NCBI GenBank assembly: GCA_965644295.1
Contig: CBFFRP010000380.1
Span: 62,001-126,000 of the forward strand
Source: Paraphysomonas bandaiensis
Taxonomy: Eukaryota > Protista > Chrysophyceae
Length of the DNA stretch: 64,000 nucleotides
Direction of reading: 5' to 3'
The translations under genes and the position numbers were made by a program. The notes beneath the pieces were generated by a model, which saw only the letters and a list, made by a program, of their open reading frames with translations, did not search any database and was not told where the DNA came from. Of this stretch, positions 40,524-53,885 are shown one piece after another. Each line of letters begins with the position of its first letter. Position 1 is the stretch's first letter.

Positions 40524-41620
40524 TTAATTGTAATTGCAATTAAATTGCATGAAATTTACGTAATTGAAATTGTAATTGCTCACTGGAAGGTTGTAATCAA
40601 ATTGCAATTATTTGGCAATTGTGTACTGCATAGTAGTATAAGGACATAATATTTAACTTAGAAGTTGGAAAACACTAAGGAAGATGGCCATTTATTGCCC
40701 TTATAATGTCCATCTTCCTTTAAGGCTATTAAAATGGTGAGGAAGTTGGCCTCTCATTAAAAGATCTTTTCATTTTGAGAGGTATTGTTTCTTTGAACGG
40801 TCGACTACGTGTCTTTTCTCTTTCTAAGACAAAGATCAGCTCGATCCAAAGTGTAATACCATTCTAGATTTAAGATATCTATAAGTAGTTTGGCAATCAT
40901 CTTCTTACCGATCCTGCCTTACAGGTTTCTGCAAACTGGACGTGCAGCGGTATGAACATGGTACTATCAGTTTTTTTTACTGTTTTCTGTAGTCGAAATC
41001 CTGGATACCTAGAGTTTTGGTCATGTAATATCATGCTATTATATCATCATTATAGTGTGCGTATCATTAATGTAGAGGTGTCTGACAACTTAACACCAGA
41101 TTTCATTCAAAGATGTTTTACCCAACTCGAGGACTTTGATGATGGCCGTCAGAAATGGGAATGCAGAGAATGTCAAAAATCGTATCCGCGACAGAGAAGA
41201 GCAGAATGGTCAAACTTGGCTCAGCATGCAAAGCAGCACGAAGGCTGGGATGCCAAGATTAGGGCAAATTTACGTGGAGCTGATCTCTAGGATTATTATG
41301 TTGAAAGAAAAGTTTATCCTTCCTCTCTCCTATCTCAATGCGTTCAGATAGTTGGAGCGAATAATTATGGACGAGCATCCATTTCTTCTCTGGAGAAAGC
41401 GTTGCCGAGAAAGAATACCAATCTGAAGCCAATATCAAGAAGCACAATCATGAAATATCTGCACGATTTGGTGCAGCAAGTTGAAAAAAACGTGAAAGAA
41501 ATAAGAAATTGTTGCCTGCTACTGCATGGTAGTTACATGATTCGAGCGAGTAAAGAAACCAGAAGGGAATTTCCTTCCTTTGTATCTACTTTGAGTGATT
41601 CGGAAACGTATTTAGTGTAG
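40524..41620 (+). mobile_element. Second hAT relic: subterminal repeats plus decayed transposase N-terminus
   Basis: AATTG-rich repeats at 40524-40622; BED-finger-like WECRECQK...WSNLAQHAKQH; IIMDEHPF...TNLKPISRSTIMKY; stops and frameshifts. Confidence 0.65.
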
Positions 41621-42222
41621 CGGATGCTTAAACACTTTAATGAATCGACTTTTGAATTGTTGTACAAGGATTAATTACTGCTATTATTACTACATACGTA
41701 TTGATTCTCGATTAATCTTGAACCAGTGCTTGTTTTAATATCAGACTTTCTGGCTTATAACCGTTTTTCACGAATAAGATAGTTAAATACAGTATTACAT
41801 GGTTCAGTAAAGAGCAATGAGTGATAATATACGCAATCTCAGACATCCATATGTCAGAATATATAAATATGAAACAAAAACATTGAGATATCAGGATATC
41901 TTGCCGTGTTTGTAGCATGCTTGCTGTTGGAGGAACTAAGAAATAGATGCTCCCTGATTAACGTTAAAGTGTAGTATGTCACTGGTATCTACATCGTCAA
42001 CTCTGGCTATAGATGGTTGAATATCTTCATAGCTGGAACCAGTGGACGACTACCATGTAAAGGATAGTGAGGGAATAGCAAGTGTATGTGATGATGAATA
42101 TGAAAACCTTATTGTCGTGTGAGTGTTTTGATGGGTATATGCATCTGTGATGTGTAGAGTAGTGGGTGATGTGGCGACCACTATATGAGCGATATGATGA
42201 ACTTAGTTTGTATGGATCCTAC

Positions 42223-42740
42223 CTCTATATATGTGTACTGATGTATGTATCATCACTCTATATATGTGTACTGATGTATGTATCATCACTCTATATATGT
42301 GTACTGATGTATGTATCATCACTCTATATATGTGTACTGATGTATGTATCATCACTCTATATATGTGTACTGATGTATGTATCATCGCTATATATATGTG
42401 TACTGATGTATGTATCATCACTCTATATATGTGTACTGATGTATGTATCATCACTCTATATATGTGTACTGATGTATGTATCATCACTCTATATATGTGT
42501 ACTGATGTATGTATCATCGCTATATATATGTGTACTGATGTATGTATCATCACTCTATATATGTGTACTGATGTATGTATCATCACTCTATATATGTGTA
42601 CTGATGTATGTATCATCACTCTATATATGTGTACTGATGTATGTATCATCGCTATATATATGTGTACTGATGTATGTATCATCACTCTATATATGTGTAC
42701 TGATGTATGTATCATCACTCTATATATGTGTACTGATGTA
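42223..42740. repeat. 33-bp minisatellite (~15.5 units) with 132-bp higher-order period
   Basis: Unit CTCTATATATGTGTACTGATGTATGTATCATCA; the variant ...ATCGCTATATATATG recurs every fourth unit. Confidence 0.95.
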
Positions 42741-43290
42741 CAGAGTATGTATCATCACTACGTAGGAACGTACGTATACTCTATGCATGTAAATGTACTC
42801 CTGTATTTTACACCGTGCACAGTAGCCTATCAACAGGTACGGTATGGAGCTATATCTGGGAATACGTACGATGTATATCGCATGTATAAGTACACTATAC
42901 CTCTGTACATACATACACATACACAGCAGTCTCATGTTCGTTACGTACAGCAGTACATACATCTATACATACATGTATATACACAGTCATGTTAAGTGTG
43001 TGTCATAACTATCATTAAGAGGGTGATAGATCGTTACCCAGCTATATCCCACTACACTGTTATGAATCAATGTATAGAGAGTGTAAATGGGTGACTAACT
43101 CTATCATTAAATCAAATGAATAGCGGATAGGAACCCTCCTGTATGTAAACTCCAGTCATGTCAGCATATACACACATAAACCGCAATACAAGCATATCTC
43201 TCTATATAAATTAACTGTATTTTTTATTATACAGTGAATATATTTATTCATAGTTGATTATCATACTGAATTTATTAGAATAATAGAAGT

Positions 43291-46200
43291 ATGGGTAAAG
43301 GTAAAGGACGACGTGCTGAGGAGGAAGAGCGGAAGGAGAGAGAGAAGGACAAGATGAAGATTCAAAATAAAGTAGCTAAATTAGGAATGGTATATGAAGA
43401 TGTAGATATTCCACCGGATGAGGTGGATCGGAAGGATGTGTCTAAGTCCATGCTGCATACCTTCAAAGCCATGATTCCGTACACAAATGAATACTATGAA
43501 GCCCTGCAAGCAGAGGAGGAAATGGATGACCTGTTTAAGATTCAGGTCGAGAAAACAAGAGCTAGGGAGCTAGTGTCCAAGTCACGTGTAGGACGACACG
43601 ACGAAGCCCTTGAAGAGATGATGGATGAAACAGACCATGACTTCCATTACTTCAACAAGATAAAGCATAGGCAAGAGCTGGAAGGGAAATTTAAGTATGT
43701 TCCGCGCTCAACAAACCCCTTCAAGTATATGGAAGGTCAGAACAGATTACGCAAGGCCGTTGCAATGCAGTTTGGCTTACTAGATGATGAACTTCTCAAA
43801 AAGTTATCTGCACATGGGAGAGATTTGGCATCCCAAGGAGTGAAGCTGCAGGACGACAAACACTTGCCCTGTTCGTGGAGGTAAGTTTGTTTTGTCATGA
43901 TTGTGTGTGCACACACAGATTCTATACCTCACTAGATCATTAGGGGTAAAGGAGAAAATGACGTTGACTTGCATTGTTCTGGCCCTCGAGCTGCTCATAC
44001 GACCAAAACGGTGAAAAATAATCGCAATGAAGACGTTCCCATGTACACTGCTCATTGCGCGTATCACGCCCTTTCGTGTCTTGGCTTCCACGAGGAGGAG
44101 TATCCACCGAAGATATTTACTCCGAACTCGGAAGGACTTTGCACAGAGTGCTATGTTCATAAGATGAAGACCCTTCCCCCACGGCTGACACCTGATTCCG
44201 TCCCGACAGTGTTCGATCCTAAGGACCCCCAGGGCCAAGTTGGTGCTGATGATGAGGACAGAGGTTCTGTGGACGAAGTATCTAGCAGCGTAGCGGACCA
44301 GCGTTATCTAGCGCTTCAAGAGGAGAGAGATGCAGAGTCTGGTGGATTAACAGAGGATTCCTTGTGTTGCTGGGTTCCCTCCGCGGAGGAAAGCCTCACG
44401 CAGATGCGGGGATACATATGTCGCAATAAGGTGTTTCGGCACCCCGTCACGATGAAGTTGCTGCGGACATGTGCCCTTCATGTTAAATTTTGTGTAAAGC
44501 CTCATGAAGATGGTGGTGCAGTTGGGGGGTTGATCGAGACACCAAACATACATGCGCTCTGCAACATGCATCATGTCGCAGAGCATGGCATTGCTCCTCT
44601 AAAATTGAACTTCCCTTATCCAGGTATGGAGCATCGGTTAAAGAACAAGGGATGGATGGTGAAGCCTGGGCACTGGGCCGCTCCTTCGTGGCCGCCTTTG
44701 CGGGATGTAGTCAGCAAGAAACAGTACCGAGTGCCTGAAAAGCCTATAGGATACATGAACAAGATGCGCGAGGCTGCCAGACTGATGATTTTTAGAAAGT
44801 AAGTACTTCATTTGGCGACTGATTTAGTTTGCTAACTCGTCTGTGATACCAGACGGAAGAAACAGTTTGGAAAGTATGCGGCTGTGGCGATCCAAGCTGT
44901 GTATAGGGGTTATCGCCTGCGGCACACGCACAAGCCCAGGCTGTACGAGCTTAGGATTCCGCTTCGTATCGAGAAAGCAGTTCTTATTCAGTGCCAGATG
45001 AGACGATTTCTCGGCAACAAAATAGTCGTGAAGCGCAGGAAGGAATATAATTCAAATGCCCTCTTCATACAGCGTGTGTTCAGAGGTTATGTAGCCAGGA
45101 AATGGATCAAACGCAACGAAGCCGCTAAAGTGTTGCAGCGAGCTTCTAAAGTGTTCAAGGATCGGCAATTCTTCAACACGGTAATGATGCTAGTTCAACT
45201 TCGAAAGTTGTTCCAGAGACGAGATGAAGCGATTCTACTTATGCAACGCACAGTGAGGGGATATATGGCGCGATTGCGACTTCGAAGACATAGAAGCCGA
45301 GTGCTGCTCAAGTTTCATCAGGCGGCTTTCATCTTACAGATTACATTCAAAAAGATAGCTCGATGGAAGGCTGAGATTCGTAGACGAGAGGTATTCTATT
45401 TGCCTATGATATCATATTTTTAAACTTTTGACTTGACTTCAGAGAATGAACAGCAGAGTAGCTCTGCAAAGAAAGCTCGCCCATATGATAGAGGAGTTGT
45501 TTTTTATACGACAGGATAAGCGGAGGTTGTGGTCATTGATACAGAAATCCGCACCTGTTATTCAGAGTTTGGTGAGAGGGTTTGTCGGTAGGCACAGGTC
45601 GCATCGCATGAAGTACTTGAGAAAAGCATTAAGATCCTGGTGCCATCCTGTGTATGCAGTGGAGTTCATGAGACAACATCTAGAAAATCGCGTTCCGCAT
45701 ATGGGTGCTGGGCGAACGTCTATTCTTATGCCCGAATTACTTGCCAATTTTGTTACAGCGAAAGGAAAACGTCAGAAACGAAAAGAGCTGACGTTTCTTG
45801 TTGAACACTTGCCTCCTGAGAGTGCCAAATTAGTGGATGTTGATAAGAAAACGCTAGTTGTGGCTTTGACAGGGTGAGACCAAATTGGTGATTGTGGATT
45901 TGTGGGTTTATATTTCATGCACAGATGGTATAAAGCAACGGGTAAACCGCTCCTCTCATCTGAGGTGGAATCTATCTATCAAAGGTTTAGAAATCCAGTG
46001 GTGAGTAACATGTAGCATGCTTGATGTTATCTAACTTTTACGTCAGGATGCCAAAGTCAATATACTAGAAATCGATAACTACATTAAGAAGCATCGCACT
46101 GGCCCTTGTCACAAACACGCCAGAGCCGTATGTGGAGACTGTGTATTTCATCGAGAGTGTAACTTTCCGAAGTAAGTATGGCAATACATTTCGCCCCTTG

Positions 46201-49057
46201 TGACTTATTTGTTCTACAGGTGCACTTGTAGATGCTTCAAGCGAGACAGCATTACAGGAACAATATGCAGGGAGTGTCATCATTCGATTATCATACACAC
46301 ATTGTTCCCTCTACACATGAAACCTAGTCGGCAAAAGGCCGGCAAGGTTAGTTTATAATTCGAACTGAAATACTCTACTGATATAATTGTTGCTATGCAG
46401 ACAATGCTGAAGATTCTCAACGCTGTGTCAGAGCCGGATATGTCGATACCGGAGAATGTCAAAGGGTTGGAGCTGCAGGATATAGGACGCCAAATTTATA
46501 GAGAGAAAAATAAAAATAAGAGAGAAGCGAAGCGATTGGAGGAGGAAAAAAGCGGCTTTAGCACTGAAAACTCGATAGGAAGCCCGACTAAAGGAGCGGG
46601 CCGTACTCACAGCTCTCTCTACGATGGACATACAGACCGTGCGGCACCATCACAGCTGGTGCAGTCGTTAGCTTATTTGGATGTGAGTTTTAACATTTTC
46701 AAGTAAGTATCGTCGTGAAACATTTTCTTGCAGAAGGATGGGTCTGAGGTGGCCAATGAGAAGGAGTATTGGGACCAAAGGAGCCCTCGCCTTCCTATAA
46801 ACAAGGGAGTATACTTCAACCGAATCAGTGCTTGCTCTGTTCCCCCGAATGTAGATATTACCGCGGCTGGTATGAATCGCATCCAGTTTTTTTATTTCTT
46901 ATCCTGTTGTTTGCAGAGTTCTGGTCCTCCGCCCCGAAAAATCCAAACAAGACCACAAGGGACTACCATGAGAAGTTTGAACACAACATGCCCCTGCCTA
47001 TTGTGGCTGAGGACCGTTTGACCTACACATTGGAGGGCCCTATGGTGTATATCCAGATGCTCCACAAAATAATTCAACTTGAGGAGGCAGATCCTAAGAA
47101 CATTCACTTCGATGGGGGAGACTTACTGAGACTCATAGTCAATCATATACAGGTGTTCGAGCGTCATTGGAGAAAGATGGTGGTCGATCTCCGCACCGGT
47201 GAACTGAATAGACATCTTATAGTGGATCCTAAGGCCCGTGCACTATACCTCAGCACTGCAATGCCTCGCCCGGCTCTAGCATCCCGGTTGGACAAGACCT
47301 TCAGAGATCTTGGATTTCATATGAAGGTTCTTGGGAAAGACATTGTAATGAAGGGCTTCGCAGAGAGAAAGAAAATGAAGGGTCAGGAGTACAGGCGCCC
47401 ATCTTTCCCAGAGAACACTTTCGGTAGCACTGGGTTTCACTCCTCCGACCTCGACACCTCAGGGACCTCGCATGGTCATGGGTCCCAGGATCGGGTTAAA
47501 TTCAGCGCCACAGAGATGCATTCTCCGCCTGGGACTCACTCAGCGAATAAGTCATCTAAATCCAGACGACCGACGATTAAACACGCTGACACTGCAGTAG
47601 TGTGTAGCAGAACATCGCCGGAAGCCCTGTCACTTGGTGGTTCCTTAGATGCCACGCAACTTACCGTTACCCAAACAAGTTTTAACAAAAAAAAATTGAA
47701 GAAAATGAATAAAGCTGAAGCTTTAGTTATGGCATCTACCATGGGCAGTGCCGGAGCTCAAGAAATAAGAGAGCGAACAGCGGAGAAAATGAATCGGGGA
47801 GCGACAGCTAATCGTCGGAACTTTGTTCGTCGCAATTCAGACACTGATAGCTTTAGACCATGCACTGTTGATCAGCTACAGAAAATAACTCACACGTTAT
47901 TGACGGACCCACAAGTCGACTACCACAACTTAGTTGCTCTTTCGGGTAGATTTATTTGCCCGTTCCCAGCGTGCGGCTTGAGCTTCACATCTAGGGATGC
48001 AGCGTTTGATCATCTTCGCACTCATGAACAAAAGCGCAAACTTTATGCGCCGTCTGCCCTCGCTGATTCTCATCTAAACTATTACTGGCCAAAGGACAAT
48101 TTGTGGAGGGATAACCCGAAATACACCAAACGAGTAATTCCACCGGGTGCGATCAAATGTACTTTCAAAGGGTGCCAGGAGGTGTTCATATCGCGTCATA
48201 GGCTGGAGTATCATATGAAGTGGGTTCATAACACCGAGTCGAGGTCCATGACATTGCAATCATTCTTCAAATTCATTGGGAAATCGACAGCAACACCACC
48301 GTATCCACCTCCTGACTATGCCCCTGCGGACTTCTGTTCGAAGCACCTTAAGCTTGACAAGAAATGCCCAATGTGTGTGAGTATCACTGAGGATGACGGA
48401 AAGCCGAAGCAGCCGATGTATTTTTACGACTCAGTACGAGTAGATTTCACGAAGCGTGATGGAAAGGGAGGAGACGTATTGCTGGAGCGAAGTAACTCTG
48501 ACAAGGGCGTGTTCTACGTGAATAATACCGCGGGACAAACACATGGGAAAGTATGTCGCGGTCGGCCAGTTGGAATGCTGAAGGATTGCAAAGGAGACGG
48601 ATGGGTTGCTCTTGTAGAGGTTATTTCAATACTGGAGGCCCAGGAGCTTCACAAAAAGTTTCCCAGGGACGGCGACACTCACCACGAACTAGTGCGAATG
48701 AATGAATCGGATGGGTCTGGGACTATATCTGATCCTGGGGCTCCGAAGTGGGTGAGGCTCATCGACGTGACCGGGATGTTCTACTTAATAGAGACCACAA
48801 AAGAAGATTTCAGTTACCGTTTACGCAACGGTAGCATCCCTCGCGATAATGTCTTTTTTATACGGCCGAAACCTACCACTTCGATTAGTAGTGTACCTTC
48901 AACCGCAAGTAGACAACAGTCCAATGATACAAGTGAGCCCAGTTTCACTCCAGCTCTTCGAAAGAGCGGAGAAGTTGGATCGCGAGTGATGTCATCCCGG
49001 TCGCATTCTTTGCAACAACAAACTCCGAAAAAGCAACGGAAATCGAGTGTTGTGTAG
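43291..49057 (+). CDS. Large multi-exon protein: Cys/His-rich repeats, IQ motifs, C2H2 zinc fingers, BAH-like C-terminal domain
   Basis: Consecutive exons joined by short GT-AG introns; IQAVYRGY, IQRVFRGY, MQRTVRGY, IQSLVRGF; CPFPACG...H..TH and CTFKGC...HMKWVH. Confidence 0.8.
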
Positions 49058-49609
49058 CATTATGTTAATATAGGTATCTTTTGTGCTACGGACTGTGAAG
49101 ATATTTTGTAATTTTTGTATGATGATGTTTTGTGCGTTTTAAATTGTAAGCATAGTCTTCCCTGACGTTCCCAATATGTGCGTATGTATGTATCGTTATT
49201 GTGTACCTCTACGTTGAAGATATATTGTCGATACACATTCATATATAACGCCTTTCGAAACTTTTCAAGAGTTTAACACAAAACATATATGACCTCGTAT
49301 TTTCTCAACATTAATTATACCCTGCATGGAGATATATGCATACCAACAAGTGCACTCCACATATATATGGCACAGTTTTGCTATTAGCACTCCATCTACA
49401 TACAAAAATATAATAATAGAAGATAACTTGTGAACACGTGAAGAATCTAAGCAACATTATTATTATCTTTCTATCATATTGTTGAGTTTTGCTTATTTGT
49501 AAGCAATTAAAATATGTATTTTAAGGTACATAAATTATGACATCTAATTCAAGAATACTGTAGCTGACACTGTAGCACTGTAGTACATAAATACTGAATT
49601 AATGATGTG

Positions 49610-50035
49610 ATAGTAGTGAATATCTTATTAGCAATAGACGTTTAAGAGTCAGAACTATTGTAGCAAAACTATTTAACTAACTCTGATATCCTACTTTTTA
49701 ACGCTTCGAAAGCTACTTGTGCGTCACCCTAAGCACCAAGGTGAAACCACTTTTGCTCTATCACTCACAGTAAACACAGTGAGCAAGCATAATGTTGATA
49801 TACATGACATCTGCTGATTGTTGACTTCAGGATATTTTAGACCTTAAGGTGAGCAGCCCGGCTTCTTGACTTCAGCAGGCAGCCCTATACCCCGGTTACC
49901 CTTCAGGTGTCAGGTGGGCCCATTCCCGGATGCCTGTTTATTCTTCAGGGCCCAAAGCCCAAAGACGTCTACACAAGAAATACTTATATTACTGTCCCTT
50001 GTACCACACAAGCATTTGACTATAAGTGGGCAACG
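49610..50035 (-). repeat. Dispersed repeat family X, copy D (inverted)
   Basis: Reverse complement matches copies B and C over ~420 bp and ends TATTGCTAATAAGATATTCACTACT. Confidence 0.8.
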
Positions 50036-50379
50036 ATGGAGATGGTGATTATAATTTTACTGATTATTATTGAGTTTAATGTTCAGTTATTGAAGTTTAA
50101 ACCATCCTAATGTCGAAACGGATACATATTATTAAATGACTACTACCATGAAACTGAAGTTTTATAATTTAAAACTAGTTGAGATGTACTCATTGTTACT
50201 ATGATTTCGGTGAAGACACGATACGAGTCAGAGAGAAAATAAATATAAATTAAATAACTTGGAACAAATTTTGATATGACACTTATGTTCCACCCAATCA
50301 GCAACTCAACTCCTCACTGTTTTATGAAATATAAAATGTTTTTTAAATTTATAACGTTCACTAAAACTGCCTAGAGTAG

Positions 50380-50510
50380 ATGATGCTATGGGGTGCTTTT
50401 AATCCATCAGCAACACTGATATACCCCTGCTTTTGTCAGTGCAGCATAGAATCAACGGAAGATCAAGAGATTCTCGTCGCCCATTGCCGACCTTTACGCG
50501 ACAACTCTGC
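50380..50510 (+). mobile_element. Possible Tc1/mariner transposase relic
   Basis: MLWGAFNPSATL...STEDQEILVAHCRPL resembles the MxWGAF...S..YQ..L..HL.P segment of Tc1-like transposases. Confidence 0.3.
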
Positions 50511-51557
50511 GCGACCTATAATGCTTGGTCACTCTTACACTTTGTAGATATAGGTGTTACTTCTCAGTAATTTTGACGAAGTGTATTCGTATTTATCATA
50601 CACCTTCGGAGTGTGAAACGAAATACTACACCTCAACTTATAAAGGAATTTCAGGATTAATTTATTTATATAGGATCACCTTTAGCAGGTAAGAAGGTTA
50701 CTTTTTTACATTCGACAATCAGCAGGTCACAGCTCAAGATGTAAAACAGCGCCTCTGTATGAAAATCGTCTAGGTAGATACAGGCAGATACTATCGGCTA
50801 CGATGAGGATCTGTGGCTCTTCTCACATAGTGACAGATGCAGTTCTTTTACTTTTAATAGTTTTCTATTGGAAGTAATAACGAATATCTTTTCAACGGCG
50901 TATATTTACAGGGTGTGTGTGAATCGCTGCACTGTTAATACTCTTATATGATGCATAGGACATGTTATGTGTGGAGAGCAGATAATGATTGATAATCTCA
51001 TCCATCATACGTAAATTCATGAAATCTCTCTATGATATATGTTTAAAACCCTTGTCATAAGCTGTTACGGTGGCTATCTATAAGATGCATCTCTATCCAT
51101 ATGCAGATATGCATATATATATGAGCGAGAAGTATCCAACCGTTGAGATATACAGCAGCAGCAGCAGCAGGTAGAGTCAATAAAAACTGAAAATAAATTA
51201 TGCCTTATCAAGATTTTCAGAATTGAAACATTGGAAATTCTGATCTGATTTTTTTGAGATTTTATACTCTATAATCTCATCCCATATACCCCTCTGTACA
51301 TCCATATACTACTGTACATACGTAGATAGCTATACTGTACCTCTGTATTGTTGATAGCAGTATAGTGAGTATACGTGGTACGGTATATTCCTATATCTTC
51401 TCTCTCTCTAAGTATGAATGAATGTATGTATGTATATGTATGTAGAGTGGGAGGAGCGAGTAGTAGTCATTCTATTGGTTAACACCCACAGGCTTATCCA
51501 TATAATCTACCCTCAAACAACAGATATTAGACATTGTTATAACCGTGAATAATCATC

Positions 51558-52376
<819 letters not shown>

Positions 52377-53475
52377 TCTCTACAATGTTGTCCGGTTAAC
52401 TATTCTCTTCATGTTTAGTAATGAATGTGTCCACTAGCATGTAGTTGTAGACAGATTCTGTTTTTCTGTTAGTATGTACTTCCCGTATTGCTGGTGTCCG
52501 CGTTAGCTAATGGTCGACAAAAGTGCGTTGAAAATCAAATGCAACTAGCTGCTTTGTTTGGAGAGAGTTTTTGTCTAAATAACAATTCATCTCATGGCTC
52601 TTGTCGCGATATATTACCTTGTTGACCGGTATGCTGTGTAAATATTAAATATTACGTCTTTCTCTCCCTACTAGTCATTAAGCATTAAACATCATTCCAT
52701 GATTATCATCTCGAATATATTTGAGGAGCAGACATCCAACTGCCGCACTGTAACCCGTAGCCCAACCGCTAGAAACATGTGAAGTGAGTTTTTATCATTA
52801 GGCACAATCGAACACCAGAACCGAAATCAGAGCCATTTTCTCATGCAATTCGTTTAGTAGTTTTAAGATTTTAAGTAGGAGGAATTCGATTAATATAGGA
52901 ATTAGAGTGCTGTTGCTGTGTCCATACCAATAACTTTATATATATAGTTCTTCCAGCTTTTATAACTAATAATACATTTTCTTGCAGCTAAAGTGTAATG
53001 TTGGAAAAAATGTAGTGTTGATTGCAGTAGCAGTAATTGTTACGTTACCGTACTTTGATGGCTCTGGCACATCCGACTGAAATATTTATTAGATGTGTTG
53101 TGTTATAAAATTTGAGACAAAAGCAGCTATTAATCAACCTAACATATCACTATGCCAGGATTGGCAGTCGAAAGACAATATATATAGAATATAAAGACTA
53201 TATAATACGTGATAACATTGAGATAAAAGGCTGTGTCAAAGCCAACAACCGACTCTTTTTGTTCCTTTTCGCAAATGTTAAACTCTGGTAATATAAATAT
53301 ATGAATTCCTATTATTTACCATAGAAATGGCTTATACAGCTAATACCCAACTCGTTTCCAAGTAAAGACGTTGACATTTGCATTAGAAAACCGTTTTCTA
53401 TAGTACACAATAGTAATCTAGTCAACTTTTAAGCTGTACTTCAAAGCATTCCTTATACGGGATTTTTATGCGCAC

Positions 53476-53885
53476 TTAACTTCTTTTGACGCCACTTTCA
53501 ACCTCGTTAGCATAAGCCATCATACCACCTTCAACATTATATATATCCGGGTAGCCTACGCTCGAAAGAAACGTAGCAAACTTCATACTCCGACCCCCAG
53601 AGCGGCACTATGAAAGAGAGATAAATACTCAGAGTGTGCAAGTGCTGCGTTACTCACCAGGCATACAACTGGTTTGTCTTTGCTCAGTATTTTTGATTCG
53701 GCTACGCTAGGCTGCCATTCTTCAGCCTTACTCAATGGAAGGTTCATAATGTTGGGGTTTTCAATTGAGAGAGCCAAAAGCTCGTGGGGTTCTCTTACAT
53801 CCACGATTTGATACTTTGCACATTCATCATTATCGTTAACAATGTTTGAGAGTTCTGTTGGAGTAAGGGGTTTGATACTTGCCAT
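53476..53885 (-). CDS. Single-domain rhodanese/sulfurtransferase
   Basis: IVDVREPHE; after the intron, active-site loop CRSGGRS and YNVEGGMMAY. An additional upstream exon cannot be excluded. Confidence 0.85.

Noticed and set aside
42166-42995. Long ORFs in three frames over the 33-bp array, and CRISPR-like periodicity
   Set aside because: By-products of a stop-free 33-nt unit; there are no unique spacers and the context is eukaryotic.
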